Positions 48,162-58,169 of a stretch of DNA of 64,000 bases are shown here, piece after piece. The stretch covers positions 3,277 through 67,276 of the forward strand of contig JAKLFA010000001.1 of NCBI GenBank assembly GCA_022711395.1, written 5' to 3'. Origin of the DNA: Candidatus Omnitrophota bacterium (GTDB lineage: Bacteria > Omnitrophota > Gorgyraeia > Zapsychrales > JANLHA01). A program made the position numbers and the translations under genes. Position 1 is the first letter of the stretch, and each line of letters begins with the position of its first letter. Below the pieces are notes generated by a model, which was given only the letters and a program-made list of their open reading frames with translations, ran no database searches and was not told the DNA's origin.

Positions 48162-49823
48162 ATGAACATGAAAAGATCAATCCAGGGTTTGAAATCAAAG
48201 ATCGGCCAAGGCGTTATTTTCGGAAATTTCAATACGCGGCAGAAAAGCCTCGAAACGCTGGGGGCTTTTGTATCAGCTATTGAAAACGCGCGGGAGGCGA
48301 TCCTGATCACATCTTCCGATACAAAGATCATTTTTGCGAATAAAGCGGTCTATAGATTGTTCGGTTATAAAAGGGAGGAGCTCATCGGGAGAACCCCGTC
48401 GATCTTTCATAAAGGACAGGATTCGGGGTTGTTGTTAAAAAAGATCTTCTCAGCCGTAAGGAAAAAGGGATTTTGGGAGGGGGAGATTGAAAGCGTTACG
48501 AAGCAGGGCAAAAGGATCCTGACGCTGGGCAGGGCCAGCTGCGTCCGAGATAAAAAAGGACGCATCGTGAATTACTTGTGCGCCCAGCATGATGTTACGG
48601 AACGCAGGCGCATCGAAGAGGACCTGCGTTTGAAGGAAGAACGATATCTTGCGATCCTGCATGGCCAGGCGGACCTGATCTCGAGGTTTAAGCCCGACGG
48701 CACGTTTATCTTTGCGAATGACGCGTATTGCAGCTTTTTCGGTAAAACTGAAAAGCAGCTTGTTGGAAAAAAGTGGTTTCCTCGGGCTTTTTCAGAAGAT
48801 CTGCCCATGATCCGGCGAAAGCTGGAAACTTTGAAGCCGGACCACCCGGAAGTTGTTGTTGAGAACCGTGTTATTTCCGCGTCCGGAGAAGTTCATTGGA
48901 TGCAGTTCGTTAACCGGGCTTTTTATGATCCAAAAGGAAGACATTTGGAAACACAGTCTGTCGGGCGTGATATTACGAGCCTTAAAAAGATGGAATTGGA
49001 ATTGAAAAGCGCCCTGGAGTGGCTTTCGTTGGCCCAGCGGCATGCCCTTATCGGCGCCTGGGACTGGGATCTGCGCACGAATCAGGTGCGATGGTCTGAT
49101 GAATACCGTTTGCTGTTCGGGCACAAGTTGGATGCGCCGGCCACGTTAAGGGGGTGGGAGAAGAAAATTCATCCCAATGACCGGGCCAAGGTCAAGGCCG
49201 CGGTAAAGAAGGTCTTAAGGGAAAAAATTCCTTACAATGTTGAATACCGCATAAAAAAGACCGCTCAGCAGATACGCTGGATCAATGGGCGGGGGGACCT
49301 GATTTTTGATGATAACGGCAGGCCCAAACGGATGGTCGGGCTTGTTATTGATATCACCGAATCACGCAAAATAGCTGAAAAACTGAAACGATCAGAACAG
49401 GAACTGCAAAAGCAGAAGGTGCTGCTTGAGCACAAAAATATCGCGTTGCAAGAACTGATCAAACAGATCGAGGTAGAGAAGGACCGTTTAAAAAAGGATG
49501 TGATGGCCAATATTGAAAAAGTCGTTCTGCCGATCCTTAGACGGCTAGGCGAAAAGGACGGCCGCAACAGGAATGTTGGGTTGATCGAAAGGCAGCTTGG
49601 CAGCATCACCTCCGAATTGGGCGGGCGGGCTGGAGAAAAATTCCTCTCTTTGGCCCCGCGGGAACGCGAGATCTCTTCGCTGGTCAAGGCGGGACAGTCA
49701 AGCAAAGAGATCGCCTCAACGCTCAAGATCTCAGTTCAGACGGTTGAAAAACATCGCAGGAATATACGAAAGAAATTAGGCCTTGTTCAGAAAAAGGTCA
49801 ACTTGACCTCTTTTTTGGAGTGA
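48162..49823 (+). CDS. PAS-domain sensor / LuxR-family (GerE HTH) transcriptional regulator
   Basis: Several PAS/PAC modules, a coiled coil, and a C-terminal LSLAPREREISSLVKAGQSSKEIASTLKISVQTVEKHRRNIRKKLGL. Confidence 0.8.
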   Translation: MNMKRSIQGLKSKIGQGVIFGNFNTRQKSLETLGAFVSAIENAREAILITSSDTKIIFANKAVYRLFGYKREELIGRTPSIFHKGQDSGLLLKKIFSAVRKKGFWEGEIESVTKQGKRILTLGRASCVRDKKGRIVNYLCAQHDVTERRRIEEDLRLKEERYLAILHGQADLISRFKPDGTFIFANDAYCSFFGKTEKQLVGKKWFPRAFSEDLPMIRRKLETLKPDHPEVVVENRVISASGEVHWMQFVNRAFYDPKGRHLETQSVGRDITSLKKMELELKSALEWLSLAQRHALIGAWDWDLRTNQVRWSDEYRLLFGHKLDAPATLRGWEKKIHPNDRAKVKAAVKKVLREKIPYNVEYRIKKTAQQIRWINGRGDLIFDDNGRPKRMVGLVIDITESRKIAEKLKRSEQELQKQKVLLEHKNIALQELIKQIEVEKDRLKKDVMANIEKVVLPILRRLGEKDGRNRNVGLIERQLGSITSELGGRAGEKFLSLAPREREISSLVKAGQSSKEIASTLKISVQTVEKHRRNIRKKLGLVQKKVNLTSFLE

Positions 49824-50000
49824 TGGCGAAAGCAGCTTTTATTGCGGCTGCTGATGCGCTTCAGAAAGCATCCCTCAAAAATCCACAGCAGGTATAAGCA
49901 TACCCATTTTATACCCATCATAAACCATATGTTTTGGTCTTCGGTTCGCATATACTTTTAATACATATAAAAATATTCATATTTTTTAAAGGAAAACAGC

Positions 50001-53000
50001 ATGAGTGCTGCTTTTTTTTCAAATCAACATGGTTTTGTCATAATCCTTCTTCTTATGATGATCTTCGGGTTGGTCATCCGTCTTCTGCTTTTGTGCAGGA
50101 AATATGAAGATCTGAAGCTCTCGGTCAGGGGTGTCCGGAGTGAGCATGAAAAGCGCGCTGAAAAAAGCGAGATGCTTTTAGAAAGGATTTTTGACATCCT
50201 TCCGATCGGGCTTTGGATAGCGGACAAAGATGGAAAGCTCATTCGCGGGAACCCCGCCGGGATCAAGATCTGGGGGGCGGAACCAAAGGTCGGAATGAAG
50301 GACTACGGTGTTTTTAAGGCGCGGCGTCTTCCGTCCGGAAAAGATATCCAGCCTGATGATTGGGCCCTCGCGCACACGGTTAAAGAGGGGGTGACGATCG
50401 CTGATGAAATGATCGAGATCGAAGCCTTTGATGGGAAAAAGAAGGTCCTTTTGAATTATACAGCGCCGGTCCTGGATGGGCGGGGACAGATCGAAGGGGC
50501 GGTCATCCTCAACAGGGACATTACTGAACAGGTGCAGTTTGAAGAAGCTTTGAAGCAAGGTGAAGAGCGTTTCAGGACGCTTTTTGAGCATATGACCAGC
50601 GGGGTCGGGATCTATCAAGTGATCGATGGCGGAAAAGATTTTATTGTTAAGGATATCAATGCCGCCGGCGCACGGCTGTGCAAGCTCCGCAAGGAAGAGA
50701 TGATCGGGAAAAAATTGCTTCAGGCTTTTCCCGGCCTGACGGATATTGGACTGTTTAAGATGTTCCAGAAAGTTTTGGCCACGGGCAAGCCTGCTTATTT
50801 AAGGGATTCTTTCTACAGGGACGACCGGATGGGATTATGGATCGAGAATTTTGTCTATAAACTTTCAGAGAGCGAGATCGTTTCTGTTTTTAATGATGTG
50901 ACGGACCGCAAATTAAGCCAGATCAAGCTGGAGGAAAGCGAGGCCAATTACCGCACGTTATTTTCTTCCATGACGGAAGGATTTTGCGTGCATGAGGTGA
51001 TCAGGAACGAGAAGGGCCGTATCACTGATTACAGGATCCTTGAAGCCAACCCCAGTTATCAGACGATCACAGGGATAAACATCGATATGGCGATCGGACG
51101 GGAGGCAAGTCTTCTTTATGGAACAGGGGAGGCGCCGTTTTTGGATATTTACAGCCGGGTCGTGGAGAGGCATGAAACGGCCAGGTTTGAGAGTTTTTTT
51201 GCTCCGTTGCAGAAGCATTTTAGAATATCGGTCTTTTCTCCAGGGGCGGATCGTTTCGTCACGGTCTTTGAGGATATTACGGAAAGGATAGAGTCGGAGA
51301 AGAGGCTTTTGAACGCGACGCGGGAGTGGTCAGCTTCTTTTGATGCCATGGCCGACGGAGTTTCTATTCATGGCCCCGACTGCACGATCCTGACCGTCAA
51401 TAAGACATTGTGTGAAATGCTGGGAATGACGGCTGAGGATATCGTTGGGAAAAAATGCTTTCGGCTTTTTCATGGGACGGATTCGCCGATCGCGGAATGC
51501 CCGCTGGAGAGGACAAAGCTGACTTTGCAGAAAGAGTACGTGGAGATCTTTGAACCGACCCTGAATAAATGGCTTGCCATATCTACAGCCCCGATCCTGG
51601 ACAAGGATGGGTGTTTGATCAAGATCGTGCATGTCCTGCATGATATCACGGAACGAAAAAAGGCCGAAGCATTGATCAAGGAGAGTGAACAGCGATACCG
51701 TTCTTTTATCGACCTGACGGGACAGGTCGCATGGAACACGGACAAAGACGGTAAGGTCCATGACGATATGCCGGGATGGAGGGCGTTCACCGGACAAAGC
51801 TATGAAGAGATCCGGGGAACGGGCTGGTCTGAGGCCCTTCATCCGGAAGACAAGGACAGAACGATAGGGGTCTGGGAAAAGGCTGTAGCGGAAAAGAAGC
51901 CGTATGAGACGGAATACCGTATGCGCAGGCATGACGGTGTTTATCGTCATTTTCTTGCCCGTGGAGTTCCTATTCTGGATGACCGCGGCGAGATCCTGGA
52001 ATGGATCGGCGTTTGTATCGACATGACTGACCGTAAAATGTATGAGCAGCGGATTGAAGAGCAGCAGCGCCTCTTGCGCGATATCATTGATGTGATGCCG
52101 GCCGCGGTCTTTTGGAAAGACCGTAATTCAGTTTATGTCGGATGCAATAAACTCATTGCCAAGCTCGCTGGTTTTGAGAAACCGGAAGACCTGGTCGGCA
52201 AGACCGACTATGACATGCCCTGGAAGAAAGAAGAATCTGACCAATATAGAGCGGACGACAGACACGTAATGGAAAGCGGCCAGCCGAAGCTGAACATAGA
52301 AGAAACACAGCGCCAGGCGGACGGCACGGATAAGTTCCTTCTGACCAATAAGGTCCCTTTGCGTAATCAGAAGGGAGACGTTTATGGGATTTTGGGCGTG
52401 TATGTGGACATTACACGGTTAAAGGAGATGGAAGGGCTTTTGCGCAAAAGCCAGGAAGCGTTGGAACGGACAGTATTGGACCTGGAGGAGAAAAACCAGA
52501 GGTTGCGGGAAACGCAGGCGCAGCTTCTGCAGAGCGAAAAAATGGCCGCGGTCGGCCAATTGTCTTCCGGAGTCGCGCATGAGATCAAGAACCCGCTGGC
52601 CGTTATTATTTTGGCAATTCAGTCCCTGGAAGAGCTGGCCCAGCAGGATGAGTCCATGAAAACAAGGCTTCTGATCGTCAAAAAAGCGGCAGAAAAGGCG
52701 AACGAAGTCGTTACCAAGCTTCTTAAATTCGCGCATATCTCAAGCGGAAATTTTGACATCCTTGATATTCACAAAAATTTGGATTCTATTATGGCCTTGA
52801 TCGAACATATCGCGAAACTTAAGAAGGTCAAACTGACCAAAGAATACGGACATGAGCAGTTGTTGGCGCGGGGGGACGCGGTTCTTTTAGAGCAGGTTTT
52901 TATGAACATTGTTTCAAACGGGATCGATGCCGTTGCGGAAGCGGGTGAGGTTCGCATCAGGACGCGCGTGGAGATCGAAGCAGAGAAGAAGTGGGCTGTC

Positions 53001-53234
53001 ATTGAGATGGCCGATAACGGCACCGGGATCCCTCCGGAGCAGTTGTCCAGAATTTTTGAACCGTTTTTTACGACTAAAAAACCGGGCGAAGGGACAGGAC
53101 TTGGGTTAAGTACGGCGTATATGATCATTGAGCATCATCAGGGAAAAATTAAGGTGGATAGTCAGGTCGGCCAGGGAACAATATTTACGGTCTCTTTGCC
53201 TTTGTTCGATGGTCAGGATAGCGCAAATTCATAA
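50001..53234 (+). CDS. multi-PAS sensor histidine kinase
   Basis: N-terminal TM, at least 5 PAS/PAC units, HisKA (SSGVAHEIKNPLAVI with phospho-His) and HATPase_c (N box, DNGTGIP, GTGLGLS). Confidence 0.88.
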   Translation: MSAAFFSNQHGFVIILLLMMIFGLVIRLLLLCRKYEDLKLSVRGVRSEHEKRAEKSEMLLERIFDILPIGLWIADKDGKLIRGNPAGIKIWGAEPKVGMKDYGVFKARRLPSGKDIQPDDWALAHTVKEGVTIADEMIEIEAFDGKKKVLLNYTAPVLDGRGQIEGAVILNRDITEQVQFEEALKQGEERFRTLFEHMTSGVGIYQVIDGGKDFIVKDINAAGARLCKLRKEEMIGKKLLQAFPGLTDIGLFKMFQKVLATGKPAYLRDSFYRDDRMGLWIENFVYKLSESEIVSVFNDVTDRKLSQIKLEESEANYRTLFSSMTEGFCVHEVIRNEKGRITDYRILEANPSYQTITGINIDMAIGREASLLYGTGEAPFLDIYSRVVERHETARFESFFAPLQKHFRISVFSPGADRFVTVFEDITERIESEKRLLNATREWSASFDAMADGVSIHGPDCTILTVNKTLCEMLGMTAEDIVGKKCFRLFHGTDSPIAECPLERTKLTLQKEYVEIFEPTLNKWLAISTAPILDKDGCLIKIVHVLHDITERKKAEALIKESEQRYRSFIDLTGQVAWNTDKDGKVHDDMPGWRAFTGQSYEEIRGTGWSEALHPEDKDRTIGVWEKAVAEKKPYETEYRMRRHDGVYRHFLARGVPILDDRGEILEWIGVCIDMTDRKMYEQRIEEQQRLLRDIIDVMPAAVFWKDRNSVYVGCNKLIAKLAGFEKPEDLVGKTDYDMPWKKEESDQYRADDRHVMESGQPKLNIEETQRQADGTDKFLLTNKVPLRNQKGDVYGILGVYVDITRLKEMEGLLRKSQEALERTVLDLEEKNQRLRETQAQLLQSEKMAAVGQLSSGVAHEIKNPLAVIILAIQSLEELAQQDESMKTRLLIVKKAAEKANEVVTKLLKFAHISSGNFDILDIHKNLDSIMALIEHIAKLKKVKLTKEYGHEQLLARGDAVLLEQVFMNIVSNGIDAVAEAGEVRIRTRVEIEAEKKWAVIEMADNGTGIPPEQLSRIFEPFFTTKKPGEGTGLGLSTAYMIIEHHQGKIKVDSQVGQGTIFTVSLPLFDGQDSANS

Positions 53235-53244
53235 GGAGGCTTTT

Positions 53245-53718
53245 ATGCCTGAGCAAAAGGTGAAGATCGTTGTGATCGATGATGAAAAAGATCTCGGATT
53301 TCTTATCCAGGAGATCCTGCGGAAAGAAGGCTATGAGGTCTTTCTGACTGACGACCCGCAGGAAGGGAAAGAAATATGTGTCCGGGAATCGCCCCAGTTG
53401 GTCTTGCTGGATTACATTATGCCCAAATGCTATGGGATCGAGGTCATTTCTTTTCTGAGGGCCCAGCCGCAAGCCGCTCAGACTAAGGTCATCATGATGA
53501 GCGGGCTTGTTATGATCCGTGAAAACGAAGGGGATGCTTTAAGCCATGACCTTAATAAAGCCTTTGTGGCGGTTGTCTTAAAGGGGGCGGCCAGCGGGGT
53601 TCCCTGGATGGCCTTTACTCCTGAGCAGGTTGCAAAATACGGTATTCATGCGTTCTTGACCAAGCCTTTTTCGAGAGAATTGTTGATTGAGGTTGTCCAT
53701 AAATATTTATCCGAATAG
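53245..53718 (+). CDS. response regulator receiver-only protein
   Basis: GGAGG RBS before ATG 53245. VVIDDEKDLG...LVLLDYIMP... REC domain with no DNA-binding output. Confidence 0.7.
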   Translation: MPEQKVKIVVIDDEKDLGFLIQEILRKEGYEVFLTDDPQEGKEICVRESPQLVLLDYIMPKCYGIEVISFLRAQPQAAQTKVIMMSGLVMIRENEGDALSHDLNKAFVAVVLKGAASGVPWMAFTPEQVAKYGIHAFLTKPFSRELLIEVVHKYLSE

Positions 53719-53889
53719 AACGGATAGATCAGGATTTAGCAGAAGTTTTTTTCAATCCGCTTCCTTTTAAAAGCTGCGCGGCTTCCTGGCCGGTTTAAAT
53801 CTGCTTTACAAATCCCGCAAGATTGTGTATGCTCATGAGCTTGTTTTTAAGCGCAATGAATGGATATTTTTTAGTAGCGAGGGGAAAGA

Positions 53890-55506
53890 ATGCTTTCTGT
53901 TCAGAATATATCGCTTCAATACGGCCAGCGTAAACTTTTTTCCGGTGTGAATATTGTCTTTTCATCGGGAAACTGTTATGGCCTGATCGGCGCCAACGGT
54001 TCGGGAAAATCCACGTTTTTAAAGGTCCTTTCAGGGGAGATCGAAAGCACGTCGGGTGAGGTGGTCATCGCGCCCGGCAAGCGCATTTCGGTCCTGCGGC
54101 AGGATCAGTTCGCCTTTGATGAATACACGGCGCGGATGACGGTGATCATGGGGCATAAACGGCTCTATGACATCATGACAGAGAAGGACGCGTTGTATGC
54201 CAAGCCTGATTTTTCAGAAGAAGATGGAGTGCGGGCTTCAGAGCTGGAGGGGGAATTTTCGGACCTGAACGGATGGAACGTGGAGGCCGACGCGGAGCGC
54301 CTTTTGCACGAGTTGGGTATTCCATCGGAGGCGTATGATCTTCCGATGAAACAGTTGGAGGCGGGGCAAAAGGTGCGGGTGCTTCTGGCCCAGGCGTTGT
54401 TCGGAAATCCTGATGTCCTTCTTCTGGATGAGCCGACCAACCATCTGGATGTCGAGACCTGCATGTGGCTTGAAGAGTTTTTGTGTGAATTTGAGAACAC
54501 CGCCATCGTGGTCTCCCATGACCGGCATTTTCTTGATAAGGTCTGCACGCATATCGCTGACATTGACTTCGGGAAGGTCCAGATCTACACCGGAAATTTT
54601 TCATTCTGGCAGGAAGCCAGTCAGCTTGCGTTGCGGCAGCGCAGCGATGCCAATAAGAAGATCGAAGAGAAGCGCAAAGAGCTTCAGGATTTTATCGCCC
54701 GCTTCAGTGCGAACGCTTCTAAATCCCGTCAGGCCACCAGCCGCAAAAAGATCCTGGAAAAGCTGACGATCGAAGAGATCAGGCCGTCTTCCAGGAGATA
54801 TCCCTACATCAATTTTGAGCAGGAACGGGAGGCCGGCAATGATCTTCTTTCGATCAACGGGTTGACCAAGACTGTTGACGGAAAAGTGATGTTCCGCAAT
54901 CTTTCCATGACCGTTGAAAAAGGGGACAAGATCGCCTTTGTGGGCCCCAATGACCTGGCCAAGACCGTCCTTTTTCAGGTTCTGGCAGGCGAGCTTCCGG
55001 CCGATGAAGGGAATTTTAAATGGGGCTTTTCGACCAAACGGGCTTATTATCCGAAAGACAACGCCGCTTATTTTCAGGACGATCTTCAGTTGATCGATTG
55101 GCTGCGCCAGTATTCCACCAACACGGATGAAAATTTTGTGCGCGGATTTTTGGGGCGCATGCTTTTTTCCGGGGAGGAATCATTTAAATCCGTCAAGGTC
55201 CTTTCCGGAGGGGAACGGGTGCGCTGCATGCTGGCCCGCATGATGCTCAGCCAGCCGAACGTGGTCATACTGGATGAGCCGACCAACCATTTGGACCTGG
55301 AGTCGATCACCGCGCTCAATGAAGGGTTGCAGAGGTTCAAGGGCACGGTGCTTTTTTCTTCTCATGACCATCAGTTGGTCCAGACAGTGGCCAATCGTAT
55401 TGTGGAAGTCTCACCCAAGGGCCATATTGATTGCGTTCACACGACATTTGATGATTTTCTGGAGGATCCCAGGGTCAAGGAGCGCCGGAAAGAGCTGTTC
55501 AGCTGA
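53890..55506 (+). CDS. ABC-F family ATPase (EttA/Uup-like, two ABC domains, no TM)
   Basis: Two Walker A sites (GANGSGKST, GPNDLAKT), two LSGGE signatures and a linker coiled coil. Confidence 0.85.
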   Translation: MLSVQNISLQYGQRKLFSGVNIVFSSGNCYGLIGANGSGKSTFLKVLSGEIESTSGEVVIAPGKRISVLRQDQFAFDEYTARMTVIMGHKRLYDIMTEKDALYAKPDFSEEDGVRASELEGEFSDLNGWNVEADAERLLHELGIPSEAYDLPMKQLEAGQKVRVLLAQALFGNPDVLLLDEPTNHLDVETCMWLEEFLCEFENTAIVVSHDRHFLDKVCTHIADIDFGKVQIYTGNFSFWQEASQLALRQRSDANKKIEEKRKELQDFIARFSANASKSRQATSRKKILEKLTIEEIRPSSRRYPYINFEQEREAGNDLLSINGLTKTVDGKVMFRNLSMTVEKGDKIAFVGPNDLAKTVLFQVLAGELPADEGNFKWGFSTKRAYYPKDNAAYFQDDLQLIDWLRQYSTNTDENFVRGFLGRMLFSGEESFKSVKVLSGGERVRCMLARMMLSQPNVVILDEPTNHLDLESITALNEGLQRFKGTVLFSSHDHQLVQTVANRIVEVSPKGHIDCVHTTFDDFLEDPRVKERRKELFS

Positions 55507-55595
55507 TCCCACTGCCGGGTTTTGGTCATAAGAATTTTCCTTCTTATGTGTTGCTGAACAATGAATTGCCCGATACAATAATTCAGGTAAAAATC

Positions 55596-55931
55596 ATGGG
55601 CCCATTTTATAGAAATAAAACCACATTCCTGACGTTCTTTTTTGACGCGGTTTTTGTCTCCACGGTGTTTTTCTCTTCCGCCTACAGTCCTACTTCTGAA
55701 AAAACATTGCTTGAAACGGTCTTCCGTTACGTTTTTATGCCCTTTTGCATTTGGGGAGAGCCATTTTTGGTTTTTCTTTCAAAGATGGGGGGGCGTTTTT
55801 CGCAGATGGGTTTTGTATTTTTTGTTTCTTTGGTCCCGGCCTTTATCTACGCGTGGCTTTTTAACCGGCTTTTTTCTCTCATTCATTCAGACCTCACGTA
55901 TTTTCAGAAAAAAAATCAGGGAAAGATTTGA
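55596..55931 (+). CDS. small hypothetical membrane protein
   Basis: Three hydrophobic helices. The frame choice between two overlapping ORFs is uncertain. Confidence 0.3.
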   Translation: MGPFYRNKTTFLTFFFDAVFVSTVFFSSAYSPTSEKTLLETVFRYVFMPFCIWGEPFLVFLSKMGGRFSQMGFVFFVSLVPAFIYAWLFNRLFSLIHSDLTYFQKKNQGKI

Positions 55932-56029
55932 ATTTTTGGGCAGAAACGATGCCCTGACGATGAAAAACGGAAAAAGCGCCAGTCATCTTGAACATTGCAA
56001 TTCATCACTAAATTTAATACTATAGATCC

Positions 56030-56989
56030 ATGAAAAATTTTGTCACTCCGGAAAAGGCCAAACACCACGCGGAAATCCTTGCCAACCGCGTCCGCAAGCG
56101 CTATGACCATATGCGCAAGAGATTCGCTCGTCAGAAAATAGATTGTTTCCGGCTCTATGATTGGGATATTCCTGAGGTGCGCGCGGTGGTGGACTGGTAT
56201 GCGGGGCATCTGGTTGTGGGGGAGTATGTGCGCCTGCAGACCGGTCCGGAATGGCTGCCGATGATGGCCGGGGCGGTCGGGCAGGCCTTAAATGTCCCTC
56301 CTGAAAAGATCCACATCAAGCGGCGCCGCACAAAAACGGAAGACGAACCGCGTTACCAGAAGATGGATTCTCTGGGGACCCGTTTCGTGGTGCAGGAACG
56401 GGACCTGAAGTTCTGGGTGAATCTGGATGATTTTTTGGACACAGGGCTCTATTCAGACCACCGTGACACCCGCCTGATCATTAGGGACCTTGCCCGGGGC
56501 CAAAAATTCCTGAATCTGTTCGGTTATACCGGAGCGTTCACTTGCGCGGCCGCGCTGGGCGGCGCCAAGAGCACTGTTACCGTTGACCGTTCGGCAACGA
56601 ACCTGGCTTGGGCAAAAGACAACCTTGAGCTGAACGGTTTTAGTGGCCCTCAACACACGTTTGTGCAGTCTGATGTCGGGAAGTTTTTGCTTAAGGCCTT
56701 CAGGGATGTCCAGCGTTTTTCATTGGCGTTTGTTGACCCGCCGTCTTTTTTTCAGGACAAATTAAAAGCCCGTTCTTTTGACGTGAATCGCGACCATCCG
56801 CAATTGATCCGGGATGTCCTGAGGGTCATGTCTAAGGGCGCAACGGTCTTTTTTTCAACGAATCATCAGCGTTTTGCGCCGAAGATGGAGGGGCTTCCTG
56901 TTCAAACGATCACGGAGCTGACGCCGAAAACGATCCCGGAGGATTTTCGCAATCAGGCGATCCACCGGTGCTGGCGGATGACCGTATAG
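56030..56989 (+). CDS. class I SAM-dependent rRNA (cytosine/guanine) methyltransferase, RlmI/RlmK-like
   Basis: FLNLFGYTGAFTCAAALGGA (SAM-binding glycine-rich loop) and FVDPPSF catalytic motif. Confidence 0.75.
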   Translation: MKNFVTPEKAKHHAEILANRVRKRYDHMRKRFARQKIDCFRLYDWDIPEVRAVVDWYAGHLVVGEYVRLQTGPEWLPMMAGAVGQALNVPPEKIHIKRRRTKTEDEPRYQKMDSLGTRFVVQERDLKFWVNLDDFLDTGLYSDHRDTRLIIRDLARGQKFLNLFGYTGAFTCAAALGGAKSTVTVDRSATNLAWAKDNLELNGFSGPQHTFVQSDVGKFLLKAFRDVQRFSLAFVDPPSFFQDKLKARSFDVNRDHPQLIRDVLRVMSKGATVFFSTNHQRFAPKMEGLPVQTITELTPKTIPEDFRNQAIHRCWRMTV

Positions 56990-57030
56990 GTCAAAGGAAT
57001 GTTCTGAGCTTGGTCAAACGATAAGGAGAG

Positions 57031-57651
57031 ATGATGCTAAAAACACAAATGCGGGCAACGGGAGTCGCGCTTTTTTTGATAGGGATCATCACGTTGGTCG
57101 GTTATATGATGTATGTTGTTTTTCTGTCGGGGGAGAAATTGGGGACCTATACGATCCAGGAGTTCGATGGATCGATCGTTTCTTTCGGCGGGTTTCGGAT
57201 GACGAGCGGTTCCACCCAGTCGACGCACACGGTCGGGCCGTTAGTGCTTTCCCCTGACATGAACCCGTTGAGGCTGAATTTAAAGATCAACCAGCGTGGA
57301 GGAGGGGCCTCGATAGGATCGAGCGGGCTTCATTACGAGTTTGAACTTTTGGACCGGCTGGGCAACAGCGTTTGGAAAAGATCAGGAGGATACAGCGATT
57401 CAGAAGATTCCGGCTCTAAAACGGTCAATATTTCTTTGGGGGTCCTTGATGTTGAGCAGGCCGGAGAATATGTTCTTTTGTGCGACCTAAAAGATAAAAG
57501 GACATTCAAGCCTGTGATCACAAAAGCGGAAGTTGCGGTCCGAAAGAATGTTGCGCGGGCGAATAAGCAGGTCTATATTTTGGGTGGGGCAGCGGCGATC
57601 GTTGGCTTTGTTATGATGATGATCGGGGCTGAAAAGAAAATTGCCTCATAA
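57031..57651 (+). CDS. two-TM hypothetical membrane protein
   Basis: N- and C-terminal hydrophobic helices flank a Ser/Gly-rich periplasmic region. Immediately upstream of sodN. Confidence 0.45.
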   Translation: MMLKTQMRATGVALFLIGIITLVGYMMYVVFLSGEKLGTYTIQEFDGSIVSFGGFRMTSGSTQSTHTVGPLVLSPDMNPLRLNLKINQRGGGASIGSSGLHYEFELLDRLGNSVWKRSGGYSDSEDSGSKTVNISLGVLDVEQAGEYVLLCDLKDKRTFKPVITKAEVAVRKNVARANKQVYILGGAAAIVGFVMMMIGAEKKIAS

Positions 57652-57665
57652 AAAGGAGGAAGACA

Positions 57666-58142
57666 ATGAAACGAATTTTTTTGGGAACCTTGATCTTTGT
57701 TTTGGGTCTGGCCTCATTGGCTTTTGCGCATTGTCAGGTCCCGTGCGGGATCTATGATGACCATTTGCGCATCCATCAGATGGAGGAAGATATTCAGACA
57801 ATCGAGAAATCCATGACCATGATCCTGGAGCTCTCCAAAGCGGAAGAGGCGAATTATAATCAGATCGTGCGTTGGGTGAATAATAAAGAGGATTACGCCA
57901 AGTCCATATCCGATACGGTCGTCGAATACTACATGGCTCAACGCTTAAAGCCGATCGCCATCGGTGACGCGGGCCATGAAAAATACATCAGAGAATTGAA
58001 ACTGCTTCACGAGATCCTGGTCCTGGCCATGAAGGCCAAGCAGACGACGGACCTGGGGACCGTTTCGGCGCTTAAGTCGACATTGGCGGATTTTGAACGG
58101 TCGTATTTTGAGGGCGAGGCGCAAGTTCCCGTGGCTCCCTGA
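57666..58142 (+). CDS. sodN: nickel superoxide dismutase with Sec-type signal peptide
   Basis: Ni-hook HCQVPCGIYDD follows a 21-aa leader MKRIFLGTLIFVLGLASLAFA. Helical-bundle remainder as in Streptomyces/cyanobacterial NiSOD. Confidence 0.8.
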   Translation: MKRIFLGTLIFVLGLASLAFAHCQVPCGIYDDHLRIHQMEEDIQTIEKSMTMILELSKAEEANYNQIVRWVNNKEDYAKSISDTVVEYYMAQRLKPIAIGDAGHEKYIRELKLLHEILVLAMKAKQTTDLGTVSALKSTLADFERSYFEGEAQVPVAP

Positions 58143-58169
58143 GCTCTGAAATTGATAGAAAGAAGATCT

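Noticed and set aside
54165-54604. Minus-strand ORFs (132-143 aa) within the ABC-F gene
   Set aside because: Antisense to clear Walker/signature motifs. Pro/Arg/Ser-rich junk composition.
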